DNA of 64,000 bases, taken from the NCBI GenBank assembly GCA_038523235.1, contig JBCBJQ010000004.1, forward strand, positions 1-64,000, written 5' to 3'. The position numbers and the translations under genes were made by a program. Under the pieces are notes generated by a model. That model did not search any database. It had not been told where the DNA came from and was given only the letters and a program-made list of their open reading frames with translations. Shown piece after piece: positions 54,073 through 64,000 of the stretch; the first letter of the stretch is position 1; every line of letters starts with the position of its first letter. This DNA comes from Cyanobacteria bacterium J06626_4. GTDB taxonomy: Bacteria > Cyanobacteriota > Cyanobacteriia > Phormidesmidales > Phormidesmidaceae.

Positions 54073-54870
54073 GTGACACAGCCAGAGGCTTTGCAGCAGC
54101 TGTTAGAGGCGATCGCCCAGGGACAGATCAGTCCCAAATCGGCGTTTGAGCAGCTGAAGTATTTAGAGTATGAGCCGGTCGAAGACTTTGCCAAAGTTGA
54201 CCATCATCGTTCGCTACGCACCGGCTTTCCCGAAGTGATTTGGGGACCAGGCAAAACGGTGGAGCAGATCGTGAGCATTATGCAGGCTATGCGCGATCGC
54301 ACCCCCGTCGTGATGGCTACCCGCATTGAACCGGAAGTTGCCCAGCAGATTCGCGCGGCTTTGCCGGCGGCGATGTATTTTGACCCCGCACGCATTTGTG
54401 CCCTGGTGCCGATGAACTTGCGCGCCCAACATGCCGGTCTAATTGGTGTTTTGACGGCGGGCACGGCAGATTTGCCCGTGGCCGAAGAGGCGGCAGTAAC
54501 GGCTGAGCTGTCAGGATTCCAAGTGTTGCGGCTGTGGGATGTGGGCGTCGCGGGCATCCATCGGCTGTTGCGGCATCGCGCTGTGGTCGATCAGGCCGAT
54601 GTGTTGATTGTGGTGGCGGGCATGGAAGGGGCGCTACCCAGTGTCGTGGCGGGCTTTTCGGACTGTCCGATTGTGGCGGTGCCCACTAGCGTAGGTTATG
54701 GGGCGAGCTTTGGCGGCGTATCGGCGTTGCTAACGATGTTGAACTCCTGCGCGACCGGTATCGGCGTCGTGAATATCGACAATGGGTTTGGGGCCGCGAT
54801 GCTGGCGGGGCAAATTTTGCGGACGGCTAATCGCCTGCAAGAGCGAGGCGATCGCCCACAGCCCCTCTGA
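54073..54870 (+). CDS. larB: Nickel-pincer cofactor biosynthesis protein LarB (CpmA-like)
   Basis: DHHRSLRTGFPEVIWGPGKT, AGTADLPVAEEA, DVGVAGIHRL, VPTSVGYGA, VVNIDNGFGAA. Confidence 0.93.
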   Translation: MTQPEALQQLLEAIAQGQISPKSAFEQLKYLEYEPVEDFAKVDHHRSLRTGFPEVIWGPGKTVEQIVSIMQAMRDRTPVVMATRIEPEVAQQIRAALPAAMYFDPARICALVPMNLRAQHAGLIGVLTAGTADLPVAEEAAVTAELSGFQVLRLWDVGVAGIHRLLRHRAVVDQADVLIVVAGMEGALPSVVAGFSDCPIVAVPTSVGYGASFGGVSALLTMLNSCATGIGVVNIDNGFGAAMLAGQILRTANRLQERGDRPQPL

Positions 54871-55043
54871 AATGCTGGCTATCATGGTAAAAATGGTCAC
54901 GTTTTTTCGGCTAGCCGGCGTGATTTATCTGATATGTGCGCGAGAACATCGACCACCGCACGTCCACGTCCACCCCAGTCCCGTGAAGCCTGAGTAGGAA
55001 CTGCGAAATTTTGTGGGCGACAGTTGTTCTATGCTTTTATTTG

Positions 55044-55078
55044 AAAGGGGACATTCAAGCTAATTGAATGTCCCCTTT
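55044..55078. terminator. Bidirectional terminator-like hairpin
   Basis: AAAGGGGACATTCAA-GCTAA-TTGAATGTCCCCTTT, between convergent larB and the DUF1232 gene. Confidence 0.75.
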
Positions 55079-55111
55079 TGATTTGTTGAAAATTGAGTGA
55101 TTCAGCGAAGT

Positions 55112-55420
55112 CTACGACTCAACATCAATTGTTCTCACGTCGATGTTGTTGGGATCTTGGACATCGCTCTTAACAGGATTTCCTCGCTGATTCAAGTATC
55201 CCAAGAAAACCTGAGAAAGCTCAGCAACCAATAATGTTGCGATCGCGGCGTCGTCAATCCAACCAATAACCGGAATAAAGTCCGGTGCAATGTCGATGGG
55301 AGAAATCAAGTACACCAACGTTCCACCGATCAGCAGCCATCGGTATTTAGGATGACGCATTGTTTGCTTGTACCAGGTGTAAAAAGACTGAGCAAAATTT
55401 TCCATGCTGCTGATATCCAC
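55112..55420 (-). CDS. YkvA/DUF1232 family protein
   Basis: YLISPIDIAPDFIPVIGWIDD motif. Confidence 0.9.
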   Translation of the reverse strand: MDISSMENFAQSFYTWYKQTMRHPKYRWLLIGGTLVYLISPIDIAPDFIPVIGWIDDAAIATLLVAELSQVFLGYLNQRGNPVKSDVQDPNNIDVRTIDVES

Positions 55421-55970
55421 TGAGCTTCGGTCTCATTATCCTCAAAGTCATTGGTTAGCAACAGTGTAGAAAACTAGCCAAGTTGAGGGGGACAAGCCGT
55501 ATTGTTGGCCTTTCAAGCTCTAGATGCCCGAACTTGCCAGTAGGTCAGCTGCTTAGAATCCAAGAGCGACGCTTTGATGACACTACCCAAGGTTCCGATC
55601 AGCATTGCTCTTTATCAACCTCAGTGCCGCTCGCTAGACGAGCTAAGAACGGTGATGATGCAGCACTGCAACATTGAGGCTGCTTCCCAGGCAGAGGAAA
55701 GCTCAGACAATTTGCCATAAAGATTTACGTCCTATGGTGGATGGGCCAGAGTTCGTCACGTCCTATTATCAAGACGGCCTTAAATAGTTCTCTACAGTAA
55801 AATTTGGGTTTTACGGCGTTAGATAGTCATGTTGACTGTTCATGATCGCAATTTTTGGAAACGTTGATGAACGATGATTTAGGACGGATCTAGGGACAGA
55901 TTGCCTTGATGATTTCAAGTTGATCTGAGTCTGAGAGTAGGTTAGTAACAATATTTTTTGACAGGTTTTT

Positions 55971-56444
55971 ATGAGCGTTTATACTCCAACCGAAATCCAA
56001 TCGATTGTGTCAGCTCCTATGAACGTGGGCATGGCCGTTGCGACGGTTGATATGGGCATTATCTCAACTGCGATCGAAGCCGCTGCTATCACCAGCCAAA
56101 TTGCTGGAGCAGCTGAAAAATATCCTGATAACTCGGTTGTTCAGGCCGCTTTTTCACCTGAATCGCTCAGAAAGGCGGATATTCAAAAGCCTCAAGTTCA
56201 ACCCGAAGATGTCAAGTCAGGGGCTTTCGTGACTCAGGCTGTGACTCAGGCCAGTACGGTTGTTGAGATGCTGCAAGGGCGCGCGACGGAAGCCGAAATT
56301 GCGGAATATAAGCAGTTTGTTTATGACTGCGGCAATGCTGTGGCGAACGCTGCCGGCAGTGGCTTGTTTGGCACCGGGGCCAAAGTTAGTGAAGCTGAAG
56401 CAGCGACCTTGGAGAAGTTGAAATCAGCTCTTGGACTTGCTTAG
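55971..56444 (+). CDS. Hypothetical protein
   Basis: 157 aa; EYKQFV...AVANAAGSGLFGTGAKVSEAEAATLEKLKSALG C-terminus. Confidence 0.75.
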   Translation: MSVYTPTEIQSIVSAPMNVGMAVATVDMGIISTAIEAAAITSQIAGAAEKYPDNSVVQAAFSPESLRKADIQKPQVQPEDVKSGAFVTQAVTQASTVVEMLQGRATEAEIAEYKQFVYDCGNAVANAAGSGLFGTGAKVSEAEAATLEKLKSALGLA

Positions 56445-56652
56445 TCTAAACAACCTTGATGGCGATGTGATCAAGCCAAGCTCATCAGTCCACAGCGGAC
56501 GAGAATAAAGCTTGTCGAAATAAAAGGCTGTCCTCAAGCGGCGCTGTAAATTTGTATGAGTCAGCGATCGCTGACTTGCTGAAATCTCCCAAAGCTGGTG
56601 AAATCAGCCGATTGGCTTCCCCCTCGCACGTTTGTTTAACCTTGCAATAGAA

Positions 56653-57285
56653 GGCATCATCATGCAGTTGGCTCGTTCTCTCAAACGCCTGGTTCCCCTC
56701 GTTCTCGTCCTTTGTATTACGCTCACCGCCTGCAGCTCAGCCCCCTCAAAGTACGATCAAGTTCAAGATGACACTACCGGCTCTACAGCCCCAGCAGCGG
56801 TAGACAAGACGGCGGCAAAAGGCGGTACGTTTAATCAATTTTTTCCGGAAGCGGAAGGCGACTATGCGGTAGTGCCTTCCCAAGAGAAGCAAGGCTTTGC
56901 AGAATACAAGCTCAAGCGCGATGGTGAAACTGTCGCCATGTTGAGCATCAACGACACTATCAGTTTGCCAGCTGCCGCCGCTAAGTATGAAAACGCCACG
57001 ACGATGGTTGCTGGCTTTCCCTCGGTTGTTCAAGGCAGTACCGCTACAGGTGTTTTGGTCAACGATCGCTATCAGGTGAAGGTGCTCTCTCGGGATGCGT
57101 CTTTTACCGAAGCGGATCGAGCCGCGTGGCTAGAGAAATTTGACCTGCAGGGGTTAGCCCAGTTAGAGGCCGACACTAAAGCCTTTCGTAAGGCTCAAAA
57201 AACGGCTGCGCCTGCGATCCGGATTACCCCAAAAACCTCTGAACCTGAGACGGCGCCGACGTTGGTGCCCCAGCCAGCGGGTTAG
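56653..57285 (+). CDS. Hypothetical lipoprotein
   Basis: Lipobox LTAC; FNQFFP, QEKQGFAEYKL, RYQVKVLSRD; probable ATG near 56653-56662. Confidence 0.75.
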   Translation, partial: GIIMQLARSLKRLVPLVLVLCITLTACSSAPSKYDQVQDDTTGSTAPAAVDKTAAKGGTFNQFFPEAEGDYAVVPSQEKQGFAEYKLKRDGETVAMLSINDTISLPAAAAKYENATTMVAGFPSVVQGSTATGVLVNDRYQVKVLSRDASFTEADRAAWLEKFDLQGLAQLEADTKAFRKAQKTAAPAIRITPKTSEPETAPTLVPQPAG

Positions 57286-57325
57286 CGACAGTCGGTTGAG
57301 TCGTCATTATTTTTAGGAGCGCATT

Positions 57326-58210
57326 GTGAGCAAGAAAATTTACGAGAAAGTGGACAAGCTGCCTAAGGGCGGACTGACGGTCATGGCTCTCAACAGCCTG
57401 GATAAGTTTGTGCCGGGACAGTGGGAAAATCTGGTCGGGTTTGACCACACGATTAAGCAGGTGACCGGCGAGACCGATGAAGCGATGGTGCAGGCGATCG
57501 CTGAGCGGGCGATCGCCCTGTTTAACGATAAGTCGCAGGGCTACCAGCGCGCCCTGTGGATGTATGAATCGGTGGACTCAGCCTCGGGCTTGCTAGGCGC
57601 AGCGGCGATGGCCAACCGCATCGGTCAAGATACCTTTCTCGGATTTTTGAAGAATATCTCGCCCAAACCAGAAAAGGCGCAAACGGTTGATCTCGTCGTC
57701 AAGCTGGTTACAGAGGTGGTGGCGTTCTGTCATATCAATGGCATTCCGGGCGATAGCTTGGGCGACTTTTTGTCTGCCCTTGGTGACTATGGTGGCGAGT
57801 CATTAATGCGCATGGCGGCGCTGGTGTCTTTTGACGGAGTGATTCCGCTGGGGGCTGATTTCAGTGGCAAAGCGCTGAATCTGATTAAGGGCATGGGGCC
57901 TTCTGATTTGGACAACAATCCGACCTTCAAAGGCGTTAAGGAAGAGATTCCGGGCAGCAATGCGAAGGGCAAGTTGTCCTTTATGACCGAAAGCTTTGAA
58001 TCCACTCAGGGCTGGATGGACAAGTTCGTCCGCGATAAAGGGATCACCCAAAGCAATGTGGTCGATAACCTGTCAGGGTTTGTGGAAGGCTCGAAAAGCA
58101 AGCTGGACTATCTGGGAGCCTTCCTGGATGTGTCAGTGAAATACTATGAGCACACGGGAGTACAAACCCTGGCGCGTCGCCTGATTGAGCGATCGGTGGC
58201 AGAACTTTAA
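57326..58210 (+). CDS. Conserved hypothetical protein
   Basis: GTG start after AGGAG; 294 aa; SQGYQRALWMY, INGIPGDS, YYEHTGVQTLARRLIER. Confidence 0.8.
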   Translation: MSKKIYEKVDKLPKGGLTVMALNSLDKFVPGQWENLVGFDHTIKQVTGETDEAMVQAIAERAIALFNDKSQGYQRALWMYESVDSASGLLGAAAMANRIGQDTFLGFLKNISPKPEKAQTVDLVVKLVTEVVAFCHINGIPGDSLGDFLSALGDYGGESLMRMAALVSFDGVIPLGADFSGKALNLIKGMGPSDLDNNPTFKGVKEEIPGSNAKGKLSFMTESFESTQGWMDKFVRDKGITQSNVVDNLSGFVEGSKSKLDYLGAFLDVSVKYYEHTGVQTLARRLIERSVAEL

Positions 58211-58708
58211 GCGTCAGCGTATCCTCCACCGATACCTGCAGCTGAATAGGAACTCTATTCATTCTGATCCCGCCGCTCGCATCGCGTCTTTGGAAGGTCA
58301 GGCTCAGGAACTGGCTCAGTTAGCGTCAGCGTCATCGGTTTGAAAGAACGATCCGGATGAGCGATCGCACAATTCAATGCGTGCTGTCAGAGTGCTCCTG
58401 ATCGTCATGGCAGCGGGGATCACCGCGATCGCCCCAACTAGGCCAATAGCGTTCTCTGATACAGCCTGATGAAACAACCCCTTATAATGTGAAACAACCA
58501 CTGGGGCGGAGAGGATGATCTTCTCTGCCCCAGTATCGTTTGAGTCTTTGTTGTCTAGACATCCTCTACTTTGTCCCTGTTCAGCTAAATTGCTGGACGA
58601 TGAGTGAGCTTTTGATCGTGCTAGCCGATGCAGTCAAGCGCCGCATGAGGAGTGTTGATCTACCCGCGAGAATGCAGGGCATCAGTTGTGAATTCAGGGT
58701 TACAAGAA

Positions 58709-59638
58709 ATGCGTACGGCATATTTATTAGTGTCTCATGGGAGTTCTGACCCGCGTCACCAGGCGGGCCTCAATCGTCTAGCCCAAGCGACACGACCGTA
58801 TCTCACTCATCCCCTCGCAACTGAGCTTCCGTCCGTGGCGGCAATTTTGCGTGGTCAGTCGGGCCTGCATTCAACTTGGCCGCAACCATCACCATCATGG
58901 CCGCTTGATCCGCTGGAGTCATCGTCTCTGCAGTTCACTGAATCCTCTCAAGATGCGCCGATGATTGGCGTCGCTACCTTAGAAGCTCATAAAGTGTCGC
59001 TGGCTCAGCAAATCGCTGTCTTTGCCCAAAACGTCTGGTCTCAAGGAATGCGGCAGGTGGTCATCGTGCCGCTGTTTTTGCTGGCAGGCATTCATGTTAA
59101 AGAAGATTTGCCGCAAGAAATTGCCGCTGCTGAAGCCCAGCTGCCTGCTCGTCTACGGCTTACTTGCGCGCCCTATCTGGGGGGAGCGGGCGATTTTAAG
59201 CACTATGTCAGCCAGCGGCTCGCTCGGGTAGAGGCTGACCAGTGTATTCTTTTAGCGCATGGCAGCCGTCGCCCCGCGGGTAACCGCGCCATTCAAAAGT
59301 TAGGCACGATGCTCAACACTGATGTGGCGTTTTGGTCGGTGCCGCCTGATCTCGAAACGCAAGTCGCTAATTCGATGCAGCGTGGCTCCCGACGCATCGC
59401 AATTGCGCCGTTTTTCCTCTTTCCGGGCAGCATTACTGATGTCATCACGCGCCGCACCGAAGCGCTAGCCGAAGCCTTTCCCAAGCTTTCTTTGCGATTG
59501 CTCAGTCCCTTGGGTACTAGTGCTGACTTGGGTAAAGTGGTCGCTGAACTCGCGTTGCACGCTGCTGTCGGCAGCCCAAAGAGCCGATGGCAGACGGGTT
59601 CGGCTCACTCGGTAGCCAAAAATACTATCACTGCTTAG
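58709..59638 (+). CDS. cbiX: Sirohydrochlorin chelatase (CbiX/SirB family)
   Basis: LVSHGSSDP, VPLFLLAGIHVKEDLP, second LAHGSRR domain; directly upstream of cobA. Confidence 0.85.
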   Translation: MRTAYLLVSHGSSDPRHQAGLNRLAQATRPYLTHPLATELPSVAAILRGQSGLHSTWPQPSPSWPLDPLESSSLQFTESSQDAPMIGVATLEAHKVSLAQQIAVFAQNVWSQGMRQVVIVPLFLLAGIHVKEDLPQEIAAAEAQLPARLRLTCAPYLGGAGDFKHYVSQRLARVEADQCILLAHGSRRPAGNRAIQKLGTMLNTDVAFWSVPPDLETQVANSMQRGSRRIAIAPFFLFPGSITDVITRRTEALAEAFPKLSLRLLSPLGTSADLGKVVAELALHAAVGSPKSRWQTGSAHSVAKNTITA

Positions 59639-59721
59639 TATTCCTGCATACTTTCAGAGAGTTAGGTCATACTAATTTGACGACCTAGCATGCAGTCTGT
59701 TGGAAACGAAGGAGTGCTGGT

Positions 59722-60612
59722 GTGACAAACGCTGATGCACACAGTGAGGGCGATCGCCCCTTGGGTAAAGTTTATCTGGTCGGGGCGGGGCCAGGCGATC
59801 CGGGACTCTTTACCCTCAAAGGCAAAGCCTTGTTAGAAACCGCTGATGTGGTGGTTTATGATGCGCTGGTCAGCCCGCCAATTCTGGGCATGATCAACCC
59901 GCAGGCGCGGCTGCTACCCGCAGGCAAACGCCGGGGCTATCATTCCTTATCTCAACCAGAAATCACCCAGCTACTGCATGAGTTAGCTCAACAATATGCT
60001 GTTGTGGTGCGGCTTAAAGGCGGCGACCCCTTCGTATTCGGTCGGGGGGGTGAAGAAATGGCGGATCTCATTGAGGCGGGGGTAGACGTCGAAGTCGTAC
60101 CCGGTATCACGGCTGGTGTCGCGGTGCCAGCCTATGCGGGCATCCCGGTGACTCACCGCCGCCTGAGTTCTAGCGTTACCTTTGTGACTGGGCATGAGGC
60201 GGCGGGTAAATATCGTCCTGAGGTGGACTGGCGAGCGATCGCCCAAGGCTCAGAAACCATTGTCATTTATATGGGTGTGCATAACCTGCCTAACATCGTG
60301 AAGGCGCTGACCGATGCCGGGTTGAGCTGCGAAACCCCCGTGGCGCTGATTCGCTGGGGTACGCGACCTGAACAAGATGAGCTAATTGCCACCCTGGCGA
60401 CCATCGAAGCTGAGATGCAGGCGACTGGGTTTGCTGCCCCGGCCATTGCCGTCATTGGCGCCGTGGTTAACATGCGTCCCTTGCTAGCGGCTTGCCGTCC
60501 GGCAATTGCTGATATCAAGCGAGCTGCGGCGAGCGCCAACACCCCAATTTTGTCTAACCCGGCTACAACGATAGGCGATCCCCTTGCTAGGATGGATTCG
60601 GGTATAGTTTGA
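59722..60612 (+). CDS. cobA: Uroporphyrinogen-III C-methyltransferase
   Basis: VYLVGAGPGDPGL, VVVYDALV, VRLKGGDPFVFGRGGEE, GIPVTHR. Confidence 0.96.
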   Translation: MTNADAHSEGDRPLGKVYLVGAGPGDPGLFTLKGKALLETADVVVYDALVSPPILGMINPQARLLPAGKRRGYHSLSQPEITQLLHELAQQYAVVVRLKGGDPFVFGRGGEEMADLIEAGVDVEVVPGITAGVAVPAYAGIPVTHRRLSSSVTFVTGHEAAGKYRPEVDWRAIAQGSETIVIYMGVHNLPNIVKALTDAGLSCETPVALIRWGTRPEQDELIATLATIEAEMQATGFAAPAIAVIGAVVNMRPLLAACRPAIADIKRAAASANTPILSNPATTIGDPLARMDSGIV

Positions 60613-60828
60613 GGCTTTGGGTCAACTAAGCTGGGGTGATCATCCTTAGCTGCGAGTTCAGCCAGGTTGTCTGTTTGGTCCATTGGGTGTGGCTTTACAG
60701 CCGCTTCTATGGGGCGCATAGGCCGGGAACAGGTAATGGCTTTTTATTTTAGGGGCAGCCTCTCAAGCCGACTCAAACGACTTTATTATCTAGATCTTTC
60801 AAAACGACATTCTTCAATTTCAGAATTT

Positions 60829-61395
60829 ATGGCTGCTACTATTCAGGTCGAAAAAACGAAGCTCAAGAATCCGCCGCTAGACATCCATACCCTAGGCGAT
60901 CGCGTCTTGCGCCAGCCTGCGAAGCGCGTCGCCAAAGTGGATAATGCGCTGCGAGAGTTGGCCTATGACATGCTCAAAACGATGTACAGCTCCGATGGTA
61001 TTGGGCTGGCCGCGCCTCAGGTGGCGGTGAATAAGCAGCTAATCGTTGTGGATACTGACCCCGAAAATGCGGCGGCTCCTCCCCTGATTTTGGTGAATCC
61101 CAAAGTGATTCGCACGAGTAAAGAGCAGTGCACTGACCAAGAGGGCTGTCTCAGCATTCCGGGCGTTTATCTGGATGTGGTGCGCCCGACGGCGATCGAA
61201 GTGAGCTTCAAAGACGAAAATGGTCGCCCCCAAAAGATACAGGCTGCTGATCTACTGGCTCGCTGCATTTTGCACGAAATGGATCACTTGACGGGCGTGA
61301 TGTTTGTGGACCGCGTCAATAATCAGTTGGCGCTAACTCAAGAGCTGCAGAAGAATGGCTTTTCGGCTCAAGACGTGAAGGCGATCACCGGTTAG
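60829..61395 (+). CDS. def: Peptide deformylase
   Basis: GIGLAAPQV, EGCLS and HEMDH motifs. Confidence 0.97.
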   Translation: MAATIQVEKTKLKNPPLDIHTLGDRVLRQPAKRVAKVDNALRELAYDMLKTMYSSDGIGLAAPQVAVNKQLIVVDTDPENAAAPPLILVNPKVIRTSKEQCTDQEGCLSIPGVYLDVVRPTAIEVSFKDENGRPQKIQAADLLARCILHEMDHLTGVMFVDRVNNQLALTQELQKNGFSAQDVKAITG

Positions 61396-61452
61396 CCCTT
61401 GCGCTGCGTCCTCAGTCTGCGTTAGATAAAAGACACTTTAATGTTGTGAGGG

Positions 61453-61659
61453 TTGAGTACTGTGTGGACGCCAAAGAGTGGCTTGCTGTTGTTGTGTTCT
61501 TGTCTTGCTGCCATTTCGGCAGTGGCGGCGATTTTTGAACTTGCCACCGGGCAGCCTGATTGGGGCACCGGGCCGACGAGTCTGCTGATTGGGGTCGCCG
61601 TCCCTTTGGTCGGAGTGTTCTTTTACGCGGCTGTGCGAGATGCCCGAGCCAATATGTAG
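61453..61659 (+). CDS. Small two-TM hypothetical membrane protein
   Basis: 68 aa with two hydrophobic helices around IFELATGQPDWG. Confidence 0.65.
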   Translation: MSTVWTPKSGLLLLCSCLAAISAVAAIFELATGQPDWGTGPTSLLIGVAVPLVGVFFYAAVRDARANM

Positions 61660-61828
61660 GGCCATTGGCGGCAACCGCACTTAGAAGATGGGCGATTGCC
61701 GTTGAATTAAGAGGAGCGATCGCTGAGCCAACATTGAGGCGGCCATTTTGGCCAATAATGAGCCAATATTGTCCCCTAAAGTTTAGGGCTATCCAATCGG
61801 ATCGCTGTCAGATACTATAAATAAGCAC

Positions 61829-61911
61829 GCGGATGTGGCGGAATTGGTAGACGCGCTAGATTTAGGTTCTAGTGTCCTCGCGACGTGAAGGTTCAAGTCC
61901 TTTCATCCGCA
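61829..61911 (+). tRNA. trnL: tRNA-Leu(TAG)
   Basis: GCGGATGTGGCGGAATTGGTAGACGCG-CTAGA-TTTAGGT-TCTAG, variable arm, GGTTCAAGTCC. Confidence 0.97.
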
Positions 61912-61988
61912 TTTTATGTTTGAAAACCCGTCGAATTGGTATTGAAAAGCAGTTCATTTTTCAATACTCAGACTCTTCAGCTGACTGT

Positions 61989-63047
61989 CTACCGAGACAG
62001 CTGCTTGACGCGCCAACCGGCATAGGTGAGCAAGCCAGTGGCCCCCGCTGCGTAGACAAAGCCACTGGGAATGCCCGCAAACGCGATGGCCAAGCTGCCT
62101 GCCCATAGGGTCAAAGCATAGATAAATAAAACCGCCCAGCGATGCGACAAGCCTGCCTTCAGCAAACGGTGATGTAGATGTCGTTTGTCAGCGACAAAGG
62201 GCGAACTGCCACAGCGAATGCGATCCAGAATGACTGCGGACATATCTAAGATCGGCACCGCCAGAATGAGATAGGGCAGCAGCACGGCGACCGTGGTGAC
62301 ACTCTTAATCAGGCCAATCACGCCGACTCCAGCTAGGGTAAACCCAATAAAGTAGGAACCGCCATCGCCCATAAAGATTTTGGCTGGATTGAAGTTGTAC
62401 CGCAAAAAGCAGAGAGAGCCGCCCGCCAATGCCGCCGCGATGAGCGCCGCCGCCGGTTGAGCCATAAACAGGCTCACCACCAGCATGATCAGCGCAGCAA
62501 TGCCACAGACCCCGGCCGCGAGTCCATCTAATCCATCAATCCAGTTGATGGCGTTGGTCATGCCCACTAGCCAAATGATGGTGACTGGCAGACTAATCCA
62601 GATGGGCAGTGACACCAGTCCGACGAAAGGAATGCTCAAAAAATCGATGCTGACCCCCACATGCCAGGCAATTCCCGCAATCAGCGCCTGCATGAGCAAG
62701 CGACTAGAAGCCGACAAGCCAAAGAGGTCATCTAGCAGACCGATTAAGAAGAAGGCGAATCCGCCCAGCGTGACGCCCCAGATTTCATATTCGTCGGTGG
62801 GGCTGAGGTGAGTGCCCGAAGCGTCAATAAAACCACCAGACCACCAGACAAACAAAAGCGAAATCAGCGTACCCAGGAAAATCGAAATCCCTCCGAGGCG
62901 CACCATCGGTTGCGTGTGGACTTTGCGGCCGCCGGGCTGATCGACCCGCCCAGATCGCAAGCCGATTTGTCGCACGATGGGAGTCGATACCAGCACCACG
63001 GCGCCAGAAATCACAAAGGCTAATAGATGATAGAGCTGAAAAGGCAT
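61989..63047 (-). CDS. WecA/MraY family (GT4) undecaprenyl-phosphate GlcNAc-1-phosphate transferase
   Basis: RKVHTQPMVRLGG, GLLDD, NAINWIDGLDGLA, IFMGDGGS, ADKRHLHHRL. Confidence 0.92.
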   Translation of the reverse strand: MPFQLYHLLAFVISGAVVLVSTPIVRQIGLRSGRVDQPGGRKVHTQPMVRLGGISIFLGTLISLLFVWWSGGFIDASGTHLSPTDEYEIWGVTLGGFAFFLIGLLDDLFGLSASSRLLMQALIAGIAWHVGVSIDFLSIPFVGLVSLPIWISLPVTIIWLVGMTNAINWIDGLDGLAAGVCGIAALIMLVVSLFMAQPAAALIAAALAGGSLCFLRYNFNPAKIFMGDGGSYFIGFTLAGVGVIGLIKSVTTVAVLLPYLILAVPILDMSAVILDRIRCGSSPFVADKRHLHHRLLKAGLSHRWAVLFIYALTLWAGSLAIAFAGIPSGFVYAAGATGLLTYAGWRVKQLSR

Positions 63048-63296
63048 AGAGAGGGCTTCAACAGCGTTGAAGTTTAGCAATCAGCTGAGATGAAAAGATT
63101 CGCGATTAATACTAAAGCCGACGGTGCAAGCTCAAACTTACTTGTCGAAGATAGTTGATTCTCTTAATAATCTTTAGAATCTAGCCACTACTATAAAGCT
63201 CCATGAAGGATATGACAGATCAAATCGGTTGTCTACTGTCATATCCCCATAGAGCCGGGATCAAGCTGCAAATGAGTTTAAGCGGATCTGCTGAAA

Positions 63297-64000
63297 CTAA
63301 GCCATCACGGGCTTGGGCAGGCTGAGGTGAGGATAAAGCGGAAAGCGATCACACAGCGCCGCGACCCGGCGACGACAGTTGTCGCGAACGCCCTCGTCCT
63401 CAGGATGCGTCAGTCGATCTGCGACGATATCGGCAATCTCGGTAAACTCGGCAAGCCCCATGCCGCGAGTGGTCATCGCCGGCGATCCGAGCCGTAAACC
63501 ACTGGTGACAAAGGGCGATTCAGGGTCAAAGGGAACAGTGTTTTTATTGGCCGTGATATTGACTTCACTCACGAGCTGGTCGGCTTGCTTGCCCGTCAGG
63601 TTGACTGAGCGCAGATCAACCAAAATCAGATGGTTGTCAGTACCGTTAGAAACTAACTTGAGTCCTCTGGCCTGCAGGCGATCGCCCATGGCTTGGGCGT
63701 TTTTGATCACCTGCTGCGAGTAGGTCTTAAACTCGGGTCGCAGCGCTTCACCAAAAGCCACTGCCTTCGCGGCAATCACGTGCTCTAGCGGCCCCCCCTG
63801 AGAGCCGGGAAAAACCGCCTTGTCAAACTTTTTGCCTAAGTCGGCATCGCGGGTCAAAATCAATCCCCCGCGCGGTCCTCGCAGGGTTTTGTGGGTCGTC
63901 GTGGTCACCACATCACAGTGCGGCACCGGATTGGGATGCACGCCCGCCGCGACTAGCCCTGCGATGTGGGCGATGTCGGCCAGCAAATAGGCTCCCACTT
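63297..64000 (-). CDS. glyA: Serine hydroxymethyltransferase (5' part lies outside the window)
   Basis: [17 protein letters not shown] motif, [28 protein letters not shown]. Confidence 0.98.
   Translation of the reverse strand, partial: VGAYLLADIAHIAGLVAAGVHPNPVPHCDVVTTTTHKTLRGPRGGLILTRDADLGKKFDKAVFPGSQGGPLEHVIAAKAVAFGEALRPEFKTYSQQVIKNAQAMGDRLQARGLKLVSNGTDNHLILVDLRSVNLTGKQADQLVSEVNITANKNTVPFDPESPFVTSGLRLGSPAMTTRGMGLAEFTEIADIVADRLTHPEDEGVRDNCRRRVAALCDRFPLYPHLSLPKPVMA

Larger units (their letters stand above)
684..63685. repeat. HIP1 octamer (GCGATCGC) dispersed throughout the window
   Basis: Many GCGATCGC copies in coding and intergenic DNA (first at 684-691, one near the end at 63678-63685); typical of cyanobacteria. 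Confidence 0.95.

Noticed and set aside
58211..58708. Cobalamin riboswitch upstream of cbiX-cobA
   Set aside because: No recognisable B12-box or conserved core; only a simple hairpin near 58501-58533

Overview
Chromosomal window from a cyanobacterium: HIP1 (GCGATCGC) is abundant, and psaAB and a phycocyanin operon are present. A PsaA loop suggests a Leptolyngbya/Nodosilinea-like lineage, which is tentative. Most of the window is housekeeping: GH57/DUF3536, yghU, ridA, dapL, comEC, clpS, thrB, comM, psaA/psaB, larB, cbiX, cobA, def, a WecA/MraY-family transferase, partial glyA, and tRNA-Ser(CGA), tRNA-Gln(TTG) and tRNA-Leu(TAG). Three loci stand out. (1) A type-3 chromatic-acclimation-like module: a cpcB-A-H-I-D operon with two L-box direct repeats upstream and intact-looking rcaC/rcaF-like regulators, but only a broken CBS-domain remnant where the photosensory kinase would be expected. 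(2) A two-gene operon of unrelated peptidoglycan hydrolases (M15A peptidase and GH24 lysozyme) that share an unnamed 61-aa N-terminal domain, with no signal peptide, holin or prophage nearby. (3) A cowN gene (protects nitrogenase from CO) divergent from a sensor-LuxR regulator in an AT-richer islet. Smaller items are a 159-bp MITE-like element, a heptamer tandem repeat and several hairpins. All family assignments come from motif recognition by eye; no searches were run.
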